Below, piece by piece: positions 54,581-64,000 of a DNA stretch of 64,000 nt; the stretch's first letter is position 1; the number at the start of each line of letters is the position of its first letter. Source of the stretch: Octopus vulgaris (taxonomy: Eukaryota). The notes below the pieces were generated by a model. The model made no database searches and had not been told where the DNA came from. It worked only from the letters and a program-made list of their open reading frames with translations. The translations under genes and the position numbers were made by a program. The DNA is taken from positions 10,478,001 to 10,542,000 of the forward strand of contig OX597827.1 of the NCBI GenBank assembly GCA_951406725.2, written 5' to 3'.

Positions 54581-54810
54581 GGCGGCGAGCTGGCAGAAAC
54601 GTTAGCACGCCGGGCGAAATGCGTAGCCATATTTCGTCTGTCGTTACGTTCTGAGTTCAAATTCCGCCGAGGTTGACTTTGCCTTTCATCCTTTCGGGGT
54701 CGATAAATTAAGTACTAGTTACACACTGGGGTCGATGTAATCGACTTAAACCATTTGTCTGTCCTTGTTTATCCCCTCTGTGTTTAGCCCCTTGTGGGTA
54801 GTAAAGAAAT
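54581..54810 (+). mobile_element. SINE B, full length (reference copy)
   Basis: GGCGGCGAGCTGGCAGAAACG..GAGTTCAAATTCC (B-box-like), with 16-bp TSD TATATACAAAATTTAT (54560-54575, 54812-54827). Confidence 0.92.
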
Positions 54811-55239
54811 ATATATACAAAATTTATATCACGTGGGGCTAACTTTGTATTTAATCTCAAAAGATTTAATAAAATAGCCAGTTTGTTCTGATGTCAGTGC
54901 AATTATATGCCATCTTCTTCGACAAAATTGCGACCTTATAACTATGTAAAAAAAAATCAATATGTTACAGCTATTCTGTTATTTAACATTCTACTATGTC
55001 AGGTACAGAGATTAAATATCTGTTTCAGCAATATATTGTAACGAATTTCAAGTCAGACCATCCTCAATAATTAGTCCTCAGCAGAGCTGAGAGAACCACC
55101 ATGTGGTTGTTACAGATGCTGGAAGTAGTTGCTTAATCCCCATCATATCGCAACTTATTTACTGGTCATTAAAAGGAAGTACATGTTCTACAATGAAATT
55201 TCAGATAAACAAAGAACAAAAATAAATAATAATGATGAT

Positions 55240-55407
55240 GCGCAGGAGTGGCTGTGTGGTAAGTAGCTTGTTTACCAACCACATGGTTCCGGGTTCAGTC
55301 CCACTGCGTGGCACCTTGGGCAAGTCTCTTCTACTATAGCCTCGGGCCGACCAAAGCCTTGTGAGTGGATTTGGTAGACGGAAACTGAAAGAAGCCCATC
55401 GTATATA

Positions 55408-55498
<91 letters not shown>

Positions 55499-55733
55499 AT
55501 AAATATTAGGGAATGAATCCAAATTTACAGGGAAAAAAATCAGATTTAGGATTAAATCCAATTTTATAGTAAAATATTATAAAATATTATTAGAGACAAA
55601 ACCACTATTTTGCAAAACAAACAAGGAAAGACTTAATCAATACATAAAAGTTTAATAAATAGTCATTAAAATTTTATGTATTGATTAAGTCTTTCCTTGT
55701 TTGTTTTGCAAAATAGTGGTTTTGTCTCTAATA

Positions 55734-55781
<48 letters not shown>

Positions 55782-55916
55782 TGTGTGTGTTTGTGTGTCT
55801 GTGTTTGTCCCCCTAGCATTGCTTGACAACCGATGCTAGTGTGTTTATGTCCTCGTTACTTAGCGGTTAGGCAAAAGAGACCGATAGAATAAGTACTGGG
55901 CTTACAAAAGAATAAG
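55240..55916 (+). mobile_element. SINE A whose internal (TA)n carries a fold-back insertion
   Basis: A head and A tail flank (TA)n - 250-bp insert - (TA)n. Confidence 0.88.
55493..55743. mobile_element. Third asymmetric fold-back (Penelope-like) insert
   Basis: Arms 55578-55656 and 55665-55743 (1 mismatch), 8-bp spacer and ~85-bp left extension. Confidence 0.55.
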
Positions 55917-55932
55917 GTGGTGGTGGTGACTA

Positions 55933-56178
55933 TAAAACATGCTGATGTGAACCAAAAGCACACCCATCAGTGGCTGTGAAGCTCAAGGCTAAAGGTAGAG
56001 AGTGAAGGCTTTATTTTGGCCGCTCAAGATCAGAGCTTATTGACCTATAACTATCAAGCCAATGTGATGAATAATGGTGTAGACCCAAATTGCTGATACT
56101 GTAGCGATGGGATTGAAACAGTGGACCACCTAATCTCTGGGTGTAAGGTTTTAGCACCTGTAGAGTAAAAATCAAGAC
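55933..56178 (+). mobile_element. R4/Dong-like LINE fragment
   Basis: HQWL..RLKVESEGFILAAQDQSLLTYNYQANVMNNGVDPNC*YCSDGIETVDHLISGCKVLAPVE, homologous to 12597-12870. Confidence 0.8.
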
Positions 56179-56256
56179 TGTCAGCCAGCGGTGTTAAACC
56201 AAAAGTTAAATGATATTATCATCAGTTAATCTAGGTGGATTATATTTCTCACTTCA

Positions 56257-56488
56257 GGCAGCGAGCTGGCAGAAACGTTAGCACGCCCGGCGAAATGCGT
56301 AGCTGTATTTCGTCTGCTGCTACGTTCTGAGTTCAAATTCCACAGAGGTCAACTTTGTCTTTCATCCGTTTGGGGTCGATAAATTAAGTACCAGTTACGC
56401 ACTGGAGTCGATGTAATCGACTTAATCTGTTTGTCTATCCTTGTTTGTCCTCTTTATATTTAGCCCCTTGTGGGTAGTAAAGAAATAT
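56257..56488 (+). mobile_element. SINE B, full length
   Basis: Consensus match with TATATTT(C/T)TCACTTC direct repeats. Confidence 0.9.
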
Positions 56489-56871
56489 ATATTTTTCACT
56501 TCTACTTTATTTGAATCAGTATCTAACCATTTGTCAGCAGATGGACCATTCTTGTGAATAATATTATATAAATATCTATCTATTTACTTACCAACTTAAC
56601 TACTTACCTATCTACAATAAACTTGAATCTACTTTCTGTATAGAGACCCTCATTAGTATATGGTTTGCTTTGTTTGTAACCTTGCCTTAAAAATAATAAC
56701 CTCAATTTAGCCTTTACATATTGCATACAGATCTGAACAACAACAGCAGTTATAACAGTTTCTTAAAAGGCAGGCTTAATAGCAGTTGTAATGGTTTCCT
56801 ACATAGACTGAAAACATGTAAGAGTCGGGTAATAATATTAACATACACCTCACTGTTTTCACTTCATATTT

Positions 56872-57455
56872 ACTGGCCTCGTGTCAGTGGCACATAAAAA
56901 GCACCATCTGTTCGTGGCCATTGCCAGCGCCGCCCCAACTGGCCTCATGCCGGTGTCACGTAAAAAGCACCATCCGTTCGTGGCCATTGCCAGCCTCACC
57001 TGACCCCCGTGCCAGTGGCACATGAAAACCACCATCCGATCGTGGCCGTTTGCCAGCCTCACCTGGCCCCCGTGCCAGTGGCACATGAAAACCACCATCC
57101 ATTCGTGGCCGTTGCCAGCCTCGCCTGGCCCCCGTGCCAGTGGCACATAAAAAGCACCATCCGTTCGTGGCCATTGCCAGCCTTGCCTGGCCCCCGTGCC
57201 GGTGGCACATAAAAAGCACCATCCGATTGTGGCTGTTTGCCAGACTTGCCTGGTACCTGTGCCAGTGGCACGTAAAAAGCACCCACTACACTCATGGAGT
57301 GGTTGGCATTAGGAAGGGCATCCAGCCGTAGAAACATTGCCAGATCAGACTGGGCCTGGTGCAGCCTTCTGGCTTCCCAGACCCCAGTTGAACCGTCCAA
57401 CCCATGCTAGTATGGAAAGCGGATGCTAAATGATGATGATGATGATGATGATGAT
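56872..57455 (+). mobile_element. Family C with 7 tandem ~62-bp modules
   Basis: Units start near 56873, 56939, 57000, 57063, 57125, 57187 and 57250, followed by the conserved 3' end and (GAT)n. Confidence 0.88.
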
Positions 57456-58911
57456 TTACTATTTACTTTCTGACCTCAAGATGGATTTGAAGCACAATCA
57501 ACCCCTGGTAGCATTTGAAATCAGAATGCAGATGCACTTATTTTAGTGATATTATTTACACTCTACCATCTTTGTATTGGTCTGCAACAATATTTACACT
57601 TAAAGAAATACCAATACCAATATAGATAGTAAATCTTTATGATTCTAGATTGCTTTTATCATTTGAAGAATTATTTTGAGCTGTTCTTTACCATTATATA
57701 CTTAAAAGTACTCTCTTCTTCACTCTCTGTATGTATAAAGATGTATGTGCATGTGTGTATCCATATATATATATATGAGCACACAATATACACTCATACA
57801 CACACACACACATATATATATAAATACATATACATACACTCATTTACATACAAATACACATATTTATATATTTAGGAAAATATCAATGACTTTAACCTTT
57901 TCAGTGGGTTTATTGCGAAAATCTTGATTTATCTTTATTGAGGTTTTCCCTAAGAGCATGCTAAAAATGTAACAAACACCTCTACTATGAAAGGTCTAGT
58001 TCTTGGAACTAGGATATTTCAATATCCCTCTCTTATTTTCAAAATATTAGCTGAAAAGGTTAATTTCTAGTCGACGGCTTTACCAATATTGATAATACAT
58101 TTATTTTTATTTTCTCTGCATTTCTCATACTTTACACACTCATGCTGTCATTAATAGGATAAGACATTATTGCAAGCTTATCATAAACTATTTTTGTTCA
58201 TCCCAATACTTGAAATAAACTCATCATGATGGAACTGTTATCAGGAAGATTCCGTACTATCAGCAGGATTCTGTGTTGCAACGAAATGAATTTGGATTCT
58301 TTCCACCTCTATTGCCTCAAACAAGCTGCAAGTTATTACAGAACTCACACCATTACTTGAATATAGAAGCACTCTTAACTTGCCATTCCTGAATCAAAGC
58401 TAATTACATTTATGGTCACAGCAGTATAACCAGACTGCTTAGGTCAGTGTATATTAACAAGAATTTTTCTCCATGAATATTGCTAAACAGATTCTAAAGT
58501 AAAATCTCTTCCAGGTTTGGCTCTGAAGATAAAATATCTCAGCATTAAAATCTACCTATTGATATGCTTGAGAAATGATTTTAATTAAATTAAATAAGAA
58601 ACCTTATACGAATGAATATCCACAGAGTACTAGAAGGGGAAAATGGCATTAGTTTAAAATAGGATATTGTTCTTAGAAGTGAACAGATGGAAGAAGGGAA
58701 GATGATGTTAAACAGACCCTTAGCTATATAAAATCTATATTTCTTGCTATAGTGCTTGCTTTTAGATGCACAGTGTGACAATTTTACCTCAGCTCTTACG
58801 CATATATAGTTTAGTATTCTTTATTCTTACCTTTCTTACTCTTTTTCTTTCTTTCTTTTTTTTTCTGTTAATCAAAATTACAATTTCTTTTTTCACTGCT
58901 TGTATTTTGAA

Positions 58912-58924
58912 AGAGAGAGAGAAA

Positions 58925-58989
<65 letters not shown>

Positions 58990-59205
58990 GTAGAAAGACA
59001 GAGACAGAAAGACAGAGACAGAAAGACAGAGACAGGGAAACAGACAGATGGCTGACAAACAGACAGAAAGAGAGAGTAGCAGAAAGAGACAGAGACAGAC
59101 AGATAGATAGATAAATCAATAGATAGATAGATAGACAGATAGATAGATAGTTAGATAGATAGATAGAGAGATAGATAGATAGATAAACGGACAGATAGAT
59201 AGATT

Positions 59206-59269
<64 letters not shown>

Positions 59270-59314
59270 ACAGACAGATAGATAGATTGATAGATAGATA
59301 GGTAGATAGACAGA

Positions 59315-59399
<85 letters not shown>

Positions 59400-59416
59400 G
59401 ATAGATAGATAGATAA

Positions 59417-59460
<44 letters not shown>

Positions 59461-59490
59461 GTAGATCGATAGATAGATAGATAGATGGAT

Positions 59491-59522
<32 letters not shown>

Positions 59523-59566
59523 CAGTGAGACAGACAGACAGACAAACAGCGAACTAGCTAGCTAGG

Positions 59567-59665
<99 letters not shown>

Positions 59666-59702
59666 GTAGATCGATAGATAGATAGATAGATAGATGGATA
59701 AG

Positions 59703-59775
<73 letters not shown>

Positions 59776-59782
59776 CGACAGA
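58912..59782. repeat. (GA)n then (GATA)n/(GACA)n array, ~870 bp
   Basis: Direct reading. Confidence 0.97.
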
Positions 59783-60252
59783 TATGTAGAAATATAATTA
59801 TTTTCATATATTTCCCAGGCGAGACATTGCTACAAACTAAAGGTTGAAACAGCCTATTAACCTTAGATTCTGTGTTGTTTGTACTATACAATAACATGAA
59901 AACTAAAATTTATTAGTCCAGTTAACATTTGCTATTAAATTATACATAAACATAAGGCACAAAGAGATTGAACATAATTAACCGGCAAGCCAGAGAACTG
60001 AACTGGAATCTATTCAACTGCAAACCAATTAAATATGAAACACAGTTGTTTGTTGTTTGGTTTTGTTGTTTCAGTTCACCTAATGTAAACCAAAACAGTA
60101 TCTTAATTCTTCATCATAACTTTGAACAAATTATTTAATATTAAGCTATTCAATTTCAAGCAACTCACTTCTCGTACCCAGACAATAGCATGAATGGTAT
60201 ATGTTTGTATGTTTATAGTTAATGTGCTCATCGAGTAATTAACATGCAATGT

Positions 60253-60647
60253 ATGGTAAGTAGCTTGCTAACCAACCACATGGTTCCGGGATCAGTCCCT
60301 CTGCATGGCATCTTGCGCAAGTGTCTTCTGCTATAGCCCCGGGCCGACCAATGCCTTGTGAGTGGATTTGGTAGACGGAAACTGAAAGAAGCCCGTCGTA
60401 TATATGTATATATATATATGTATGTGTGCGTTTGTTTGTGTGTCTGTGTTTGTCCTCCGAACATTGCTTGACAACCGATGCTGGTGTGTTTACGTCCCTG
60501 TCACTTAGCGGTTCGGCAAAAGAGACTGATAGAATAAGTACTGGGCTTACAAAGAATAAGTCCCAGGGTCGATTTGCTCGACTAAAGGCGGTGCTCCAGC
60601 ATGGCCGCAGTCAAATGACTGAAACAAGTGAAAGAGTAAAAGAGTAA
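60253..60647 (+). mobile_element. SINE A (slightly 5'-truncated)
   Basis: Consensus match. Confidence 0.92.
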
Positions 60648-60734
60648 TACCTGAGTAAAAGTCAATATGATCCATCACAAACTCAGCTGAGAAGAAAAGC
60701 TTTGATTATCAGAAAACTTCAAGTGTTGAAACTG

Positions 60735-61137
60735 TTTACTCTTTCACTCTTTTACTTGTTTCAGTCATTTGACTGTGGCCATGCTGGAGCACCGCCTTTA
60801 GTCGAGCAACTCGACCCCGGGACTTATTCTTTGTAAGCCCAGTACTTATTCTATCGGTCTCTTTTGCCGAACCGCTAAGTGACGGGGACGTAAACACACC
60901 AGCATCGGTTGTCAAGCAATGCTAGGGGGACAAACACAGACACACAAACACACACACATACATATATATACATATATACGACAGGCTTCTTTCAGTTTCC
61001 GTCTACCAAATCCACTCACAAGGCATTGGTCGGCCCAGGGCTATAGCAGAAGACACTTGCCCAAGATGCCAAGCAGTGGGACTGAACCCGGAACCATGTG
61101 GTTGGTTAGCAAGCTACTGACCACACACCCACTCCTG
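60735..61137 (-). mobile_element. SINE A
   Basis: Consensus match, tail-to-tail with 60253-60647. Confidence 0.92.
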
Positions 61138-61579
61138 ATCCTGTTTGTGAAAGTTTAATAAATTATTTCTGTCATGGTAGCATTAGTAAAACGAAGGGCC
61201 TTCGCAAGGCTGTAAAATGTCACAGTCATGGTTGAACAGGAGCTTGTTTTTGTGCTAATATTTAGTATTTAAACCACTTATATCAGGCCCAAATAGTCTA
61301 CCTGTTTTATGTTTAAACTGGCCAGATCAAACCTATTACACCTACCCTACAATGTCCTTCTAAAAACATATTCTGTCACATCATCTAAATCTCAAAGCTC
61401 CAAGATAATGCTTCATTAATTTAAAACAATGTAAATTTGCAAGAATGACATTTGACTTAGTAATGGGGAATGTTAAAAGCTAAGGCAAAACACAATAAGT
61501 TATTTCTCAGTTTATTAGGAAGAATTACAATCCATTATAGAAGTACAGGACATGCTTAATACTTATTTTTTCAACCTTA

Positions 61580-61915
61580 TAGCATGGGATCAAGATGTGG
61601 AGATATTCAAAAGCCACCCTGAAGAAGATCTAGAATCTCAACAACCACTGCCTCAAGAATTAATCAGAATCCATCGAAGGCTAAAAAAGAAAAACAGAAA
61701 CATAACCTGGTGGAAGCAAATCTAGTAGACTCTCGTTGGCATAGAGATCAACCAAAAGAACCGGTATTGGATTGGACACTCTCAAAAAGTCCCAGCACAG
61801 CATCACCAAACAATCCTTCGAGAGAACCCTCAGAACAAGGGGAAGAGAGAGAAAGCTGAAATATCCCTGGCTTCATAACCTAAAGAATGAACTAAGAAGA
61901 TCTAGATAGAGCTGA
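61580..61915 (+). mobile_element. Decayed RTE-clade LINE ORF C-terminal fragment
   Basis: WIGH..SITKQ..KGKR..W..NLKNEL resembles the RTE 'WIGHTLR..SITRQAL.WNPQGKRKRGRP..TW' motif, with frameshifts. Confidence 0.6.
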
Positions 61916-61955
61916 GGGTAATATTTTCAAATCACCAGAAAAATATTTATAAAAA

Positions 61956-62210
61956 TGGTGCCACTTAAAAAGCACCCATGCTGGTCCTTTGTTAACGCAT
62001 CCATGCCGGTGCTGCATAACCGCACCCATGCTGGTAGCATGTTAAAAGCACCCAGAACACTGTATTAAGTGGGTGGTTTTAGGAAGGGCATCCAACCATA
62101 GAAACCATTCCACAACAGATGACTGGAGTCTGGGCAGCTCCCTGCTAGCCAGCTCCATGTCAAACCGTCCAACTCATGCCAGCATCGAAAGCAGACATTA
62201 AACGATGGTG
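61956..62210 (+). mobile_element. Family C variant with short ~26-bp modules
   Basis: CATGC(C/T)GGT..AAAAGCACC repeats, then AGGAAGGGCATCCA and CAAACCGTCCAAC. Confidence 0.7.
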
Positions 62211-62230
62211 CTGCTGCTGCTGTTGCTGTT

Positions 62231-62582
62231 GAGCGAACGGTCTTTATCCCAGGGATCGCAAGATGAGAGAAGTCCGAAATGTGGTCCTTTGCTATTCGTA
62301 AGACCTGCAGAAGAGAAAGCAGGTCAACCCCCAACACCGAGAGCATCGACGGATGGATGAATGTGCTTCCAGGCTCCGCGGTTGCGTAGGAAGTCAGGGA
62401 CAAGAAACAGGAAGGAAGAGTGAGAGAAAGTTGGGGGCGAAAGAGTACAATAGGGGTCACCACCACCCCCTGCCAGAGCCTCGTGGAACTTTACGTGTTT
62501 TCACTCAATAAACACACACAACGCCTGGTCTGGGAATCGAAACCGCGATACTCCAACCGCGAGTCAGCTGCCCTAACCACTG
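62231..62582 (-). mobile_element. SINE D head/body with a different 3' tail
   Basis: 62415-62582 aligns to 44922-45090; 62231-62410 is unrelated to the tail of the 44903 copy. Confidence 0.85.
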
Positions 62583-63299
62583 TTGCTGCTGCTGCTGATG
62601 ATGATAATGATGATGACGATGATGATATTTATATTTCTAGTGCTTACTTTAATTGGATTTTCACATTAAACATTATATTTTTCTGTATGTTTTAGATAAT
62701 GCTTGATGCAATGTGATATTGAAAATATAGAGGTTTCCTGTTTCTTGGAGAAGACTATCAATATATCTTTGCAGTTTTTGCATAATTGAGTTTCTAGCCA
62801 ACATGCCATCAATGCATTGCAAAGTTGTATGACAGAGAATTTCCAAGGTTTCAGATGACGGATTCCCTTTAAAATTAATTGAAAACTGTTGTAAGATTGA
62901 CTGGTCAAAGATCTCCACTCACAACTCTTTTATATATCAACTGCTGTTAGTTCTATTAATTACTATTAATTACTATGAGAACGTTGACCAAGTTTTCTCT
63001 TGCATTACAGAATGGTTGAGCTTGCTTACTTAGATGATGTCATTGTCATGGTAACATTGTTGTCAGAACCCAGGGTGTTATTTGCGGAAAGATAGATTAA
63101 AAATATAAAGTACAATCAAAAATTTATTACAAATATCTAGAGAAGAAAGGAGAAATACGTTTGAATATTTTCCAATGAACACTTAGAACTATTTGGTTGC
63201 CAAGGTTTACTTAAAACCTGATCCCCCAGTTCAGTCACATTTAAAAATCCAATCCATGAATGGACTTCATTCTGGCTTCATGCTGAGATGTAAACCCCA

Positions 63300-63715
63300 T
63301 ACTCTTTCTCTCTTTTACTTGTTTCAGTCATTTGACTGCGGCCATGTTGGAGCACCGCCTTTAATTGAGCAACTCGACCCTGGGACTTATTCTTTGTAAG
63401 CCTAGTACTTATTCTATCGGTCTCTTTTGCCGAACCGCTAAGCTAAGTGACAGGGACGTAAACACACCAGCATCGGTTGTCAAGCAATGCTAGGGGGACA
63501 AACACAGACACACAAACACACATACACTTATATATATATGTACATATATACGACGGGCTTCTTTTCAGTTTCCATCTACCAAATCCACTCACAAGGCTTT
63601 TGTCGGCCCGAGGCTATAGCAGAAGACAGTTGCCCAAGGTGCCACACAGTGGGACTGAACCCAGAACCATGTGGCTGGTAAACAAGCTACTTACCACACA
63701 GTCACACCTGCGCCT
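63300..63715 (-). mobile_element. SINE A, full length
   Basis: Consensus match. Confidence 0.9.
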
Positions 63716-64000
63716 ATGTGTCTATCAAACTACAATACTGCTTTTATTTGTGCCTTTCAAAGAAAGAAAGATAGACAGCAAGAAAGCAACAAAAAAAAGA
63801 AAGAAAGAAAGAAAGAAACTTTGGCTAGAATAGACTAGTATTCCAGTTTGCATAGAAGAATAGGCTATGTTGTTAGAAATTCTTATGAGCAGTTGATGAC
63901 ATTTTCTGAGGTGATCACAAAAGGCCAAGTGTAAAATATGCAAGTACACTGTGAGGCAGAGATCCCTGGAGGGTGAGCAAGTCATTTGTAAAGAACAACA

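Noticed and set aside
54319-54676. Recurrent ORFs MSSNARGTNTDTQT.. / MLGGQTQTHKH.. that look like a gene family
   Set aside because: They are antisense translations of SINE A, and the frame varies with the internal microsatellite.
56872-57290. CRISPR-like array (palindromic repeat, regular spacing, GGTGCTTTTT resembling an sgRNA end)
   Set aside because: The intervening sequences are homologous to each other rather than unique spacers. There are no cas genes and the context is a eukaryotic retroelement.
62666-62918. Two overlapping ~80-aa minus-strand ORFs
   Set aside because: No recognisable domain or clear splice signals.

Overview
This is AT-rich eukaryotic, repeat-dense non-coding DNA (intronic or intergenic). 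The SINE families and microsatellite load suggest an octopus/coleoid cephalopod, which is an inference from recall. No intact host gene was found: almost all listed ORFs come from microsatellites or SINEs. The window holds about 20 copies or fragments of a tRNA-headed SINE (family A), other tRNA-derived SINEs (B, D, E) and 3' ends of a probable RTE-type LINE (family C). It also holds two decayed mariners, mariner-, piggyBac- and hAT-like MITEs, three non-autonomous Helitrons, RTE and R4/Dong LINE fragments, a 132-bp satellite with a 264-bp higher-order period, and very long micro-repeats. The most interesting signals are: (1) two unrelated Penelope-like fold-back elements (3377-3761, 12050-12514), each with a minimal type-I hammerhead ribozyme fold and a non-canonical core; (2) a tandemly amplified compact H-type pseudoknot module in the family C 3' region; (3) a Helitron carrying a piggyBac transposase fragment. 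Family letters are working labels, and all alignments and folds were done by eye.
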